Below, one piece after another: positions 19,168 through 29,729 of a DNA stretch of 64,000 nucleotides; position 1 is the stretch's first letter; each line of letters opens with the position of its first letter. The notes under the pieces were generated by a model. That model was given only the letters and a program-made list of their open reading frames with translations. It ran no database searches and was not told the DNA's origin. The position numbers and the translations under genes were made by a program. Source of the stretch: an uncultured Gemmatimonadota bacterium (lineage in GTDB: Bacteria > SM23-81 > DAOVCL01). Where the stretch lies: NCBI GenBank assembly GCA_964626665.1, contig CAZVGK010000008.1:1-64000 (forward strand), in the 5' to 3' direction.

Positions 19168-19549
19168 AATTTGACTCCCTCAGTAGCTCTTCCCTTTGCT
19201 TTCTTAACATGGGAAGATAATCAAAGTATTTGCTTAAAGTATTGGCTTCAAACTCTACCCTGTCAGCCACACTTTGCTGGTAGATTAGCTTGCCCGTGGA
19301 GATGACATTATAGGCAAGTTCGATGGGAACAGAATTCAGAATTATCAGGTCAACTTTAGAGGTATTTAATGTTCTACATAGTTTGCTGCCAAAACGATAC
19401 TTAAAATCATCAGCTACTTCCCCATCCACGAGAATTGCTATATCGTAATCGCTAAGTTCCCCTACTTTCCCTTGTGCTCTTGATCCAAAGAGATACGCAA
19501 GTATTATCTTTGGCTCCCCTCTAATCGCTTTTATAAGTTCCTTATTCAC
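19076..19549 (-). CDS. mntA: MntA-like nucleotidyltransferase
   Basis: YLFGSRAQGKVGELSDYD, VDLIILN, YFDYLP. Confidence 0.9.
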   Translation of the reverse strand: MNKELIKAIRGEPKIILAYLFGSRAQGKVGELSDYDIAILVDGEVADDFKYRFGSKLCRTLNTSKVDLIILNSVPIELAYNVISTGKLIYQQSVADRVEFEANTLSKYFDYLPMLRKQREELLRESNYETGIQRRREALRKTERMLAKLGASEGKKN

Positions 19550-19778
19550 TCCAATACCTTAACAGCTTACCACGGAACTACAAAACTCACCACGGAAACT
19601 CACGGAATCACACGGGAAAAAGCAATTAAGAGTTGAGAATTAAAAATTTAACTTTCCTGTCCCGTCAGGAGAGGGCTTCTGATGAGGGGATGAAAATAGA
19701 AATTGGAAAATAGAAATTCGTGAGCCACAAGATGCCCTCGCCTGACAGCTTTGGTGGCGGAATCGGGGTTCTGCTACC

Positions 19779-20115
19779 TCACTTAATATTCCGCTCCGTC
19801 ATTTCTTTGTAGATTGAAGCTCCACTGCGAACAATCTCAAAATGAGAAACAGGGCTCGCTGTTCTCAAATTTACCAGATCAACCCTTTCCGTCCTCAGGT
19901 ACTTCCAAATCTTTGACCTTAGATCCCCCATTCCCTCCCCCTTGAGGAAGAAGAGCCAGGTCAACATCCTCCTCACTCCTACCTCTATTTAAGGAGCCGA
20001 AGAGATACACCAGGAGAATCCCCTCCTTGCGGAATAAGGGCTTCAAGGCTGCTAATCTTTCCTTTATATTCTTTGGCAAAGGTTCAAATCTCCTCCAACG
20101 CTCCTTTATGCTCAT
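19779..20115 (-). pseudogene. Frameshifted, truncated MntA-like nucleotidyltransferase
   Basis: YLFGSL...EEDVDLA in one frame, ERVDLVNLRTASP in another. Confidence 0.75.
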
Positions 20116-20314
20116 CTTTCTGCTTCCCAACTATTGGTCACCTAAAACTCAGCGCTTTATAGGCCAAGGGATCTCCTTCGGAGCAACTACAAAACATTTA
20201 GGCCAGCAGAATCGTCATCCGGCACTTCCCCTTTAAAATACTTAATAGAAATAGCTTTGTCAATTGTTTTCAGGTATAAACCCCTTGATGGAACAACAAG
20301 GGGGGCCTTTACCT

Positions 20315-21292
20315 TCAGGACGTACGATTTAGATCGGTGAGCAGGATCTCGCTGGTCACTGCCCTGGTACCAATTTCCCCTATGACGATGCCCGCGGCAT
20401 GATTTGACAACCTGGCAGCCTCCTGGAAAGAAGCCCCAGCCAACCTACTGACCACAAAGGTGGAGACAACCGTATCCCCTGCTCCCGTTACATCATAAAC
20501 CTCTTTAGCCACCGTGGGGAAATGGGTGAAAACTCGCTTGGGTTCAAAGAGAGCCATCCCCTCCTCTCCCAATGTTATGAGCAGAACATCTATTCCTACT
20601 TTCTCCTGAAGTTCCCAACCAACCCTTTTCAGGGTTCCCTCGTCCTCTATGGGGTGACCTGAAATATCCTCCGCCTCTCGTCGGTTAGGGGTAAACAGGC
20701 TTGCTCCCCCGTAATAACCGGAATGGTTCCTCGTGGGATCCACCGCCACAAAGAGATCCTTCTTCCGGGCCCAGGAGATCGCCTCCTTCACAATATCTGA
20801 CCTCAATGTCCCCTTTCCATAATCGGAAATTATCAAACCCTGAACAGAATCCAACCCTTTCTTGATTAGGTCCAACATCCTATGGGCAATCTCATCCCTT
20901 ATCTCCGAGGGACTCTCCCGATCAACCCTGACAACCTGCTGCTGATGTGCTATGATTCTCGTCTTTATAGTAGTCGGCCTATAATCATCCTTCAGAATAT
21001 AATTTCCCTCAATCCCTGCCTCTTTCAAAGTGGATCTGACCTGCTCCCCCTCTCCATCATCTCCCACCACACCAATAAGGACCGGCTGAGCACCTAAGGC
21101 CTTAACATTATAGGCCACATTTGCCGCTCCTCCTAATTTTAAGGATTCGGATTTCACCAAGACGACGGGCACAGGTGCCTCGGGCGATACCCTCTCTACC
21201 TCACCCCAGATATAGGCATCCAACATCACATCCCCTATGATCAGCACTTTGACCTGAGAAAATCTTTCTATTATCCTCTTAACTTCTCCCAT
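20315..21292 (-). CDS. rfaE1: D-glycero-beta-D-manno-heptose-7-phosphate kinase (RfaE domain I)
   Basis: GDVMLD, RVSPEAPVPV, SDYGKG, VYDVTGAGDTV. Confidence 0.92.
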   Translation of the reverse strand: MGEVKRIIERFSQVKVLIIGDVMLDAYIWGEVERVSPEAPVPVVLVKSESLKLGGAANVAYNVKALGAQPVLIGVVGDDGEGEQVRSTLKEAGIEGNYILKDDYRPTTIKTRIIAHQQQVVRVDRESPSEIRDEIAHRMLDLIKKGLDSVQGLIISDYGKGTLRSDIVKEAISWARKKDLFVAVDPTRNHSGYYGGASLFTPNRREAEDISGHPIEDEGTLKRVGWELQEKVGIDVLLITLGEEGMALFEPKRVFTHFPTVAKEVYDVTGAGDTVVSTFVVSRLAGASFQEAARLSNHAAGIVIGEIGTRAVTSEILLTDLNRTS

Positions 21293-22406
21293 TTTGGCTC
21301 CTTCCCATTATCCTTTCGATCCCCGCTAAGACATCCTCCACATCAATAGAACGAATGCAGCGGAAATCCCCATATCGACAAGCCAGCGGTTTGACTGAAT
21401 AGAAAAAACAGGGACTACAAGGTAAATCTTTCCTAACAATTTCATACGGAGCCTTCCAAGGATGCACCCAAACGGGATTTGTAGGGCCGAAGATGGCCAC
21501 AGTGGGAAGGTTTAGAGCCGCAGCTATATGCATTAGACCGGAATCATTGGTCACAAAGAGATTACATCTCTCCATCAGGGTGGCGGTCTGTTTAACAGAA
21601 ACCTCCCTTACCAGATAAGCCATCCTACCAAGCGCATCGCTAATTTCTTGGTTTGTCTGTAGCTCATCCGGGCCACCAAAGATGAGAATCTTGGCATTAT
21701 ACTTCTGGGCAAGTATCTTCCCCAGCCGGATGAACTTCTCTTTGGGCCACCTCCTCTGAGCCTGATTCTTGAACCTGGCACTGCCGGCATGAAACCCAAC
21801 CTTAAGGTCTCCCTCAAGATCCCTCTTCATCAACCAATCCTGGGCAAACCGCCTTTCCTCCTCAGTCAGAAAGATCTCCAATTCCTGGGGAGACCCCACC
21901 TCTACTCCCAAAAGTCCTAACAATCTTACATTTTCCTCGACATCATGACGATCATTAGATTCCCCTACTCTCCTATTGTTAAAAAATCCTAAGCTCGAAG
22001 AATCCCGATGCTCATATCTGTGCGCCAACCTCAGCTTCGCCCCGATAAGGAAGCTAATCAGGTTATATTCCCGCCGATTGGCCGGATATACATTTATGGA
22101 GATGTCATACTTATGGGACCTGAGCTGGGATAGAAACCTCAGGGAACGAAAGGGACCTTCTTTGATAAAATTCCAATGGATTATCTCATTCAGATGGGGA
22201 TTCCCCTCCAGTATCTCCTGAGCACCTTTGAACATCACTAGGGCGGAGATATGGGCCGAGGGGAATCCTTTCCGCAGCATCCTCAAGGCAGGGGTAAAGA
22301 GAAGGGTATTGCCTATTCCAGCCAAACTTATCACTATGATCTTCCTCGCGCTCAACCCACTGAGGTGGGAGATCGCCTTTCCCTGAGAGGGCGATGATCT
22401 GTTCAC
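21279..22406 (-). CDS. GT9 LPS heptosyltransferase-like
   Basis: RRWPKEKF, VTNDSGLMHIAAA, AIFGPT, PCSPC. Confidence 0.9.
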   Translation of the reverse strand: MNRSSPSQGKAISHLSGLSARKIIVISLAGIGNTLLFTPALRMLRKGFPSAHISALVMFKGAQEILEGNPHLNEIIHWNFIKEGPFRSLRFLSQLRSHKYDISINVYPANRREYNLISFLIGAKLRLAHRYEHRDSSSLGFFNNRRVGESNDRHDVEENVRLLGLLGVEVGSPQELEIFLTEEERRFAQDWLMKRDLEGDLKVGFHAGSARFKNQAQRRWPKEKFIRLGKILAQKYNAKILIFGGPDELQTNQEISDALGRMAYLVREVSVKQTATLMERCNLFVTNDSGLMHIAAALNLPTVAIFGPTNPVWVHPWKAPYEIVRKDLPCSPCFFYSVKPLACRYGDFRCIRSIDVEDVLAGIERIMGRSQNGRS

Positions 22407-23389
22407 CCCTTCTCTCCAGCCACCTTCTGCCCTCCCCCTACAATCTCTTTTGGTTCTACCAGGGCAAAGAGAACCCCACCAAGCACGCCTACCAAAAGGG
22501 TTACGATGTAGGTCAACAACTGCATAGAGGCCGCCTGTGAGGGGACAACCCCTATCCTCTGGAAAAGGATCATACCAGAGCTTTCCCTCACCCCAATGCC
22601 AGCCACAGATATGGGTAGGGCAATGGCCAAGGCGATGAGAGGAATGATGAGAAAAAAGTAGAGGAGATCGATCCTGATGCCAATGGATAAGGCGATCAAA
22701 TAGTTTATTAAAATCCTGATTGATTGGATAACAAGAGAGATGCCCAGAAACTTAAAGAAAAATTTGCTATTTCCCTTGTAGGAGTAAATCGAACCGTAGA
22801 TTTCCCTTAATGTTCCCCTCAGCCCTGAGGGAAGGAGGCGAAAGAAGAACCTGTCCCCCATTCTGGCCACCCGACGGTTGAAGAAAACCAAAAATATAGA
22901 GAGGAGGATAAAAAGGGAGACCAGGGTCAGACCCAAAAGCTTGAGTTGCTGCAGCTTCCCAATGGCCAAAACGGTAGCCAAAAGGGCCAGGGCCACCAAG
23001 GCCACAAATCCCATCAGCCTGTCCATTATGGTGGCCGCGATGACTCCCTCTTTCTGCTTTACCTTCTTGGAGAGGTCATACGCCTTGTAAACATCCCCCC
23101 CGATGTTGGTGGGGAGAAAGTTATTGAAGAAAAGGCCGACAAAATAGTAGTAAAGGGCCGCCTTATAGGTTATCCTTATCCCTTGGATCCTCAGGAGTAA
23201 CCACCATTGGAAGGCTCCTAAAATGTTGCTCAGGGCAAAGAGGAAGATCCCGCTGAGGAATAGAAGTTTGTCTGCCCGGAGCAACTGCCCAATAATCTGC
23301 CCCACCCCCACCTTATAGAAAACCCAGGAGAGAAGGGCAACGCTGAGGAGAGCCTTAAGTGCGGTGGTAAAGAGCTTCTTAGAACTCAC
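22403..23389 (-). CDS. Lysylphosphatidylglycerol synthase-TM/flippase-like protein
   Basis: FFNNFLPTNIGGD, LPISVAGIGVRE. Confidence 0.85.
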   Translation of the reverse strand: MSSKKLFTTALKALLSVALLSWVFYKVGVGQIIGQLLRADKLLFLSGIFLFALSNILGAFQWWLLLRIQGIRITYKAALYYYFVGLFFNNFLPTNIGGDVYKAYDLSKKVKQKEGVIAATIMDRLMGFVALVALALLATVLAIGKLQQLKLLGLTLVSLFILLSIFLVFFNRRVARMGDRFFFRLLPSGLRGTLREIYGSIYSYKGNSKFFFKFLGISLVIQSIRILINYLIALSIGIRIDLLYFFLIIPLIALAIALPISVAGIGVRESSGMILFQRIGVVPSQAASMQLLTYIVTLLVGVLGGVLFALVEPKEIVGGGQKVAGEKG

Positions 23390-23401
23390 TCACCTCCCCC
23401 A

Positions 23402-25870
23402 TCAGTTGCTTCCCCCCTTCTGAGCAGTGTCTGCCTTCGGCTTGTTGAGGAGATTCTGCAATAATCCCCTGGCCCCTTTATCCTCTGGGTGTCTCCCCAC
23501 CCACTCCTCCAATTGGCCCAAGGCCTCACTATCCTTGTTCGCTGCCATATAGAGGCCAATCAGCCTCCTCATTCCCTCCTGGAAGTCCGGATCGATCTCC
23601 AGGGATTTTTTCAGGCTACCAATGGCCTCCTCCTCCTGGCCCAGTTGATGCTGGATCATCGCCAGGTTAACATAGTTGTTTAACCTATCTGGCCATTTCT
23701 CCAACTCTTCCTGCACTACCTCCAAGGCCTTATCCAATTGTTTGTTCTTTACATAGATCTGGGCCAAAAGCTCATAAGGCCGGAAATCATCTGGCAGAAC
23801 TTCCATACACTTTTTCAGCTCAGCTACCGCCTTCTCAGTTTCCCCTTCCTGATCATAGCTAAAGGCCAAAAAGACAAAGGCAGTTGTATAATTGGCCAGC
23901 AGCTTCTTCATATTTTCGTTCTTGTACACCTGGGGATCGGCAAGTCCCCTGAACTTGTAGATCTCCCAGAGGTTATGGTGCATCTTCTCCGCATCAATCT
24001 GATGGGGTTTCTTCTCCGATACCAGCCTGTAGGTCAGACCCTCCATCCTCAGGTAATCCTGTAAACCAACCTTGTTGTCATCGGAGACAGTTACGGCAAA
24101 GAAGATGGGCTTTCCCCACTTGTTGGTGGTAATTATGTCCTGCACCATAATATCCTGCACCCTGATTATCTTCCCATTCTTCAATCTGTAGGCCATCAGC
24201 CTCTCGATCTGCTGGTCGGAGAGGCTAATGGGCACCTTGGGCTCCTGGTGTTTTAACTGCAGGATATACCAGGGCGTGTTCAAGAGGCTGAGATTAACCA
24301 CCCGCACATCCTTCCTCACCCCCTCCACCTCCTGGATATACCAGAGGGGAAAGGTGTCGTTGTCTCCGTTGGTGAAGATTATCCCACCCTGATCACAAGA
24401 TTCCAGCATATTGTAGGCATAGTCATGGGCGATATAGTTGCCGCTGCGATCGTGGGTATGGTAGTTCTGGAGAAAGGGGATCATGGGGGTAGCTAAAAGG
24501 ATCAAGGAGGCAAAAACCACCATTCCCCTGCTTCCATTCCGAAACTTCTTCAACTTTAACCTCAGCCATTCGAGGATACCAGAGACCCCGATACCTATCC
24601 AGAGGGCAAAGAAGACAAATCCCGGGGTATAGAAGTAATCCCTATCCCTCACCTCCAGCCTCACCCCCTTGGTGCCATCGGAGAAGTTCATATAGATGAT
24701 GAGGCCCAGGGTGCCGATAAAGAGAAGGGAAAAGAGAAATATCCCCAATCTCCTCCTCCTTTTCAAGAGAGAGGGTATCCCGATGAGGCCCAAAATTACT
24801 GGTAGGATCCAAAACTTCGGGGGCGTATACTGTTGGCGGAAGAAACTCCAGAAGCCCATATGTCGATAAACTCCGAACTGGTGTGCCCAGGTCCCCTTGC
24901 GGGTAAATAGCCCCTGCATCATACCCGTCTGGCCGTATTGTTTTCTCTCCAAGAACATCTTGAAGCGGGTCCAATTGGCTGGGTCGTTCTCATCTATCGC
25001 TGGATTAAGATGGGAACGAATAGGTATGTAAGCAATAGTTGAATAACCCACAAGGGCAATAAAGACAAGCCAAAAACCAAATCTCCAATGCCTCCTCTTC
25101 TCCCCAGTTGTCGACCAGGACATCAGAAGGCTAATTATCAGGGCTAAGCCGGAGAGCACAAAAAAGGCATTAATGGATTCGGAGTAAACGACAAAGGCCA
25201 AGGGGATGACCGCCAGCCAAAACCTGAAGTCAAAAGCCTTTCCCCGATCCACCAGCACAACCAGAAGGAGGAGGGCGGGAGCAGCCAGGAAGACTGTCAT
25301 ATGAAAGCCAATCCCCATAAAGAGGAGATAGACCATCAACATCAATAGGCGATCGCCCTGCGGCCTCTCCCAGTTCTGATACCAACGCAGAGCCAACCAG
25401 GTGAGGAAAACCATCAGAAACATAGCCACCCCATAGACCTCAGCCTCTGTGGAATTGAACCAATAGGTGTCAGAGAAGGCCATAAACAGGCTCCCCACTA
25501 TCCCCCCCACTGCGGGGATAACCTGCCTCCATCCCCTCTTTAGCTCAGCGGACCAGAGTTTGACGACCCCCGAGATAAAGAGGTAAGCAACCCCTACTGT
25601 CCCGGCGCTGAAGAGACCGGAGATGAAGTTTACCCTTCTGGCCACCGAGCCAAAGATGGGAAGAAAGGTAAAGAGCCTACCCAAGAGAACGAAGAGAGGG
25701 GTCCCCGGGGGATGGGGCACCCCTAAGATATATGAACAGGCAATAAACTCCCCACAATCCCAGAAGGGGACAGAACGAGCCATAGTCTTCAGATAGACGA
25801 TCAAGGCGATGAGAAAAACCAAACCTGCCAAACCAAGATCAAGTCCCCATTCCCTTTTTCCCTCTTCCAT
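23402..25870 (-). CDS. DUF2723 (TMEM260-like) GT-C glycosyltransferase with C-terminal TPRs
   Basis: FWDCGEF, HPPGTP, EAEVY, FTNGDNDTFPLWY. Confidence 0.9.
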   Translation of the reverse strand: MEEGKREWGLDLGLAGLVFLIALIVYLKTMARSVPFWDCGEFIACSYILGVPHPPGTPLFVLLGRLFTFLPIFGSVARRVNFISGLFSAGTVGVAYLFISGVVKLWSAELKRGWRQVIPAVGGIVGSLFMAFSDTYWFNSTEAEVYGVAMFLMVFLTWLALRWYQNWERPQGDRLLMLMVYLLFMGIGFHMTVFLAAPALLLLVVLVDRGKAFDFRFWLAVIPLAFVVYSESINAFFVLSGLALIISLLMSWSTTGEKRRHWRFGFWLVFIALVGYSTIAYIPIRSHLNPAIDENDPANWTRFKMFLERKQYGQTGMMQGLFTRKGTWAHQFGVYRHMGFWSFFRQQYTPPKFWILPVILGLIGIPSLLKRRRRLGIFLFSLLFIGTLGLIIYMNFSDGTKGVRLEVRDRDYFYTPGFVFFALWIGIGVSGILEWLRLKLKKFRNGSRGMVVFASLILLATPMIPFLQNYHTHDRSGNYIAHDYAYNMLESCDQGGIIFTNGDNDTFPLWYIQEVEGVRKDVRVVNLSLLNTPWYILQLKHQEPKVPISLSDQQIERLMAYRLKNGKIIRVQDIMVQDIITTNKWGKPIFFAVTVSDDNKVGLQDYLRMEGLTYRLVSEKKPHQIDAEKMHHNLWEIYKFRGLADPQVYKNENMKKLLANYTTAFVFLAFSYDQEGETEKAVAELKKCMEVLPDDFRPYELLAQIYVKNKQLDKALEVVQEELEKWPDRLNNYVNLAMIQHQLGQEEEAIGSLKKSLEIDPDFQEGMRRLIGLYMAANKDSEALGQLEEWVGRHPEDKGARGLLQNLLNKPKADTAQKGGSN

Positions 25871-25884
25871 AATCTCTCCTTTTT

Positions 25885-26610
25885 CTATCTACCCATTGAA
25901 AGCCTATCGGCTAAGTAAACTGGCAGTTTTACCTTGGCCATCTTCCCCTGCGTCTTCCCCACATCATAGGCAAATCTCTGTAACTCTAGAGAATCCCTTT
26001 TACTATCGTAAATACAGGCAGCAGACCGGGGATCTCCATCCCTGGGTTGCCCCACACTGCCCACATTGATTATATACTTCAGATTTGGCCTCAATTTCAA
26101 GCCATCAAAGGCATCCTGTTGGCAATCATCCTCCTGCCGGATAAAGACTGTAGGCTGATGGGAGTGGCCGATGAGGCATACCCTCTCCGTAAAGGTGCGG
26201 AACTCCTGACAGGCCTCCTGCCGGGAGAGAATATAGTTCCAAAGGCTCGGTTCAGAGGGAGAGGAATGAACAAAGAGGAAATCCTCCTCCACCCATCTCA
26301 AGGGAAGACCACTAAGCCAATTCCGATTAGTCTCATCCAAGACCCTGGATGTCCACCTGATGGCCATCCGGGCAAAGGTATTAAAGTACTCTGTGCCAGT
26401 CTTTCCCACTGCGGCCCAGTCGTGGTTACCAACAATCACTACCCCCTCAGTTTCCCTAATCAGTTGACAACATTCGTTGGGATTGGGCCCATATCCCACA
26501 ATATCCCCCAAACAGAGAAGCAGATCATATCCCTCCTTCTTGAGTCCTTTAAGCACGGCCTGCAGCGCCTCCAGATTACTATGGACATCCGAAATTATCG
26601 CATATCTCAC
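25885..26610 (-). CDS. Calcineurin-like metallophosphoesterase
   Basis: SDVHSN, GDIVGYG, GNHD, GHSH, GSVGQPRDGD. Confidence 0.9.
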   Translation of the reverse strand: MRYAIISDVHSNLEALQAVLKGLKKEGYDLLLCLGDIVGYGPNPNECCQLIRETEGVVIVGNHDWAAVGKTGTEYFNTFARMAIRWTSRVLDETNRNWLSGLPLRWVEEDFLFVHSSPSEPSLWNYILSRQEACQEFRTFTERVCLIGHSHQPTVFIRQEDDCQQDAFDGLKLRPNLKYIINVGSVGQPRDGDPRSAACIYDSKRDSLELQRFAYDVGKTQGKMAKVKLPVYLADRLSMGR

Positions 26611-27053
26611 TCCTGCCCTCCCTTCCCTTCCTGTTTACCAACCACCTTCCCGCTTTCTTTGGCTACCGAATCCAGTATCCCATTGACAAATCTGCCAGAC
26701 TCCCTGGTGCTATACTTCTTGGCCAGCTCAATGGCCTCATTTATAGAGACCTTAGGAGGAATATCGGGAAACCAAAAGATCTCACAGATGGCTAATCTCA
26801 GTATATTCCGATCCACCGTGGCTATCCGCCGCAACTCCCAGTGCTTGGCCATCCTGCCGATCAGCTTATCGATCTCCTCCTTATGGGAGAAAGCCTTTTG
26901 ACTTAAATCGATTACAAAGGATTTGGTCTCTTCCCCTAATTCGTTACTGCTGAAGAGATAATTTAGAATGGAAGGGAGCTCACCTCCCCCAATCTCTATG
27001 GCATATAAAGCCTGAAGAGCAACCTCCCTGGCCTTTCTCCTCTTTCCCTCCAT
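26607..27053 (-). CDS. nusB: Transcription antitermination factor NusB
   Basis: RRKAREVALQALY, DRNILRLA, INEAIELAKKY, FVNGILD. Confidence 0.97.
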   Translation of the reverse strand: MEGKRRKAREVALQALYAIEIGGGELPSILNYLFSSNELGEETKSFVIDLSQKAFSHKEEIDKLIGRMAKHWELRRIATVDRNILRLAICEIFWFPDIPPKVSINEAIELAKKYSTRESGRFVNGILDSVAKESGKVVGKQEGKGGQE

Positions 27054-27058
27054 AGATC

Positions 27059-27526
27059 CTATTTTAGCTGAGAAAACAGATCAATCATCTCCATCGCTGA
27101 AAGGGCAGCATCCCAACCCCTATTCCCTACCTTTGCCCCTGCCCTATCCAGAGCCTGCTCTAAGCTCTCCGCGGTTATCACCCCAAAGCTAACCGGAATG
27201 CCGCTCTCCATACCCACCTGGGCTATCCCCCGAGAGACCTCCTTGGCCACATAGTCAAAGTGAGGGGTCTCCCCTCTAATCACTGTCCCTAAGCATATTA
27301 CGGCATTATACCTTCCAGAGGGGGCCAGCCTCTTAGCCAAGAATGGGAGCTCAAAAGCCCCGGGAACCCAAAATATGTCCAACTTCTCCTCATCCGCCCC
27401 ATGCCTGCGGAGGCAGTCCAAAGCCCCTTCCAGGAGCCGGGAGCTGACTAGCTCGTTAAACCTCCCAACCACTAAGGCAAACCTCCTCCCCTCCGCCCTT
27501 AACTGCCCCTTGATTACCCTGGCCAT
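27059..27526 (-). CDS. ribH: 6,7-dimethyl-8-ribityllumazine synthase
   Basis: [22 protein letters not shown]. Confidence 0.97.
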   Translation of the reverse strand: MARVIKGQLRAEGRRFALVVGRFNELVSSRLLEGALDCLRRHGADEEKLDIFWVPGAFELPFLAKRLAPSGRYNAVICLGTVIRGETPHFDYVAKEVSRGIAQVGMESGIPVSFGVITAESLEQALDRAGAKVGNRGWDAALSAMEMIDLFSQLK

Positions 27527-27739
27527 CTCTTCTCCTTCCCCTGAATTTATATAAACAGGGATTCCACATTTGACACATGAAAATAAATATTGAATATGCT
27601 TTGTAGCCTATCAAAACTGCCCCAAACGTCTAAAAGATAGTAAGATAATTAGCCCTATGGCATTTTCAATGTTTAATTTAACTTTAGAGGGTGGGATCCC
27701 TGATAAATGGAAACATAACAGTTAGCCCGAATTATTCAT

Positions 27740-28250
27740 AAACCGCAGATAAACGCAGATCTTCACAGCGCGGCAGAGCCGCAACAAAAAGCCACAGATT
27801 ACACAGATTTCACCGAAAAGAAATTGTTGTCCTAGCCCATTGCCCATAGGGTTCTTTTTTGAGGTGGCAGAACCCCGATTTTACCACAGTCAGGTCAGGT
27901 AAATCCTTTGTAGGGGCTTGATTCATCAAACCCATCCTGGTCGTATAAACGCAACCCTTACACTTCTACCCCCGCTAAAGCGGGGGGTAACCTCCCCTGG
28001 GCTTTAGCCCAGGGGGCCCGACGGACAGGTCTGAAGACCTGTCCCTACAATGCAATGCCCTTAGGGCCTAAAGGCCCTGAACCCGCACTAAAGTGCGGTA
28101 GAAGACGCCAACTCAAAGCGAACTGAAAAACTTTGTCAAAAAAGATGGTACGGCAAAAACTATAGAATCAGTGGCCGCAGGATTTGGTAAGCGAAAAGAA
28201 ACCCTATAAATCAATCACTTACGCAACCTAAAGGTTACGGCTGCCCTATT
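27740..28250. repeat. Nested composite palindromic intergenic element inside rib operon
   Basis: cgcagataaacgcagat; GCGCGGCAGAGCCGCAA; acagattacacagat; GTAGGGG stem; CTACCCCCGCTAAAGCGGGGG...GCACTAAAGTGCGGTAG. Confidence 0.7.
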
Positions 28251-28372
28251 TTTTCGGCTTTTTGTCTAACCATCAACTTACATTTTCATTTTACATTCGA
28301 AGCTTCGCTATTAAACCAATAAGCCCATAGCTTTAAATCCCTTTGCCTCTTTTGATCCTTGGCTTCAGGGGA

Positions 28373-29593
28373 TTATATATTAAGGAGATGCCCCAACTTG
28401 TCCCTCTTTGTCTTCAGGTATCTAATGTTCTCCTGATGGGGAGGGACCTCGATGGGAATTCTCTCCACCACCTTGAGGCCATACCCTTCCAAACCAGCGA
28501 TCTTCTTGGGGTTGTTGGTCATTATCCTCACCGTGGTCAGACCCAAATCGGCCAATATCTGGGCTCCTATCCCATAATCCCTCAGATCAGGGGGAAACCC
28601 TAAAGCCTGGTTGGCTTCCACAGTATCCTTCCCCTCATCCTGAAGCACATAGGCCTTAAGCTTGTTGGCCAAGCCGATCCCCCTCCCCTCCTGCCTCATA
28701 TAGAGAAAAACCCCCCTCCCCTCGCTCTCTATCCTGCGCAGGGCATAGGCCAACTGTTCACCACAATCACACCTCAAGGAGCCAAAGATATCACCTGTAA
28801 GGCATTGGGAGTGAACCCGCACGAGTACATCCTTCTGGCCAGCCACCTCCCCCTTCACCAGGGCGATATGATGGTTGCCCGTGGTTAGGCTCTCGTAAAG
28901 GTGAAGCTGAAAATGGCCAAATTTGCTGGGCAAGTCGGTGGTGACCACCTTAACCACTAACTTCTCCGTCCGGCGACGATAGCTGATTAGATCCTTGATA
29001 GTAATCAGCTTCAACCGATGTTCCGCGGCCATTTCCTTAAGCCGGGAGAGCCTGGCCATCGATCCATCATCATCCATTATCTCACAGAGGACCCCCGCTG
29101 GGTAGAGCCCGGCTAATTTGGCCAGATCCACCACCGCCTCTGTATGGCCTGCCCGCCGCAACACCCCTCCCTCCATAGACCGCAGGGGAAAGATATGGCC
29201 GGGCCGGGCAAGGTCATCGGGCTTGGTGCGTTCATCGATGAGGGCCCTAATGGTCTCCGCCCGATCATAGGCGGAGATTCCGGTAGTGGTGTTCTTAATG
29301 GCATCCACAGAAACGGTAAAGGGAGTTCCCCACTTCGCCGTATTCTCGGCCACCATAGGAAAGAGCTTCAGCTCATCCAACCTCTCCTTGGTCATAGGCC
29401 CACAGATGAGGCCCCTCCCATACTTGGCCATAAAGTTAATGGCCTCCGGGGTAACCTTCTCAGCGGCCATAATAAAATCCCCCTCATTCTCCCTGCCCTC
29501 ATCGTCCACCACAATCACCAGTTTCCCCTTCTTCACATCCTCAATAGCCTCTGAGATCTTGCTAAAAGGTCCTCCCATAGTCCCTCCCAACAA
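28373..29593 (-). CDS. ribBA: Bifunctional DHBP synthase / GTP cyclohydrolase II
   Basis: [42 protein letters not shown]. Confidence 0.97.
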   Translation of the reverse strand: MLGGTMGGPFSKISEAIEDVKKGKLVIVVDDEGRENEGDFIMAAEKVTPEAINFMAKYGRGLICGPMTKERLDELKLFPMVAENTAKWGTPFTVSVDAIKNTTTGISAYDRAETIRALIDERTKPDDLARPGHIFPLRSMEGGVLRRAGHTEAVVDLAKLAGLYPAGVLCEIMDDDGSMARLSRLKEMAAEHRLKLITIKDLISYRRRTEKLVVKVVTTDLPSKFGHFQLHLYESLTTGNHHIALVKGEVAGQKDVLVRVHSQCLTGDIFGSLRCDCGEQLAYALRRIESEGRGVFLYMRQEGRGIGLANKLKAYVLQDEGKDTVEANQALGFPPDLRDYGIGAQILADLGLTTVRIMTNNPKKIAGLEGYGLKVVERIPIEVPPHQENIRYLKTKRDKLGHLLNI

Positions 29594-29729
29594 TCTTCAA
29601 TAACAACTGTCAGAAATCAGTAGTCAGCTATCAGCAAAGGGCCTCTTGCATCGGGGCACCAGCCCTAACTACACAAGCTGATCCCTGTGCCCTGCAAACT
29701 GGCTTCTGCTCCCTGATCCCCGTGAACTG

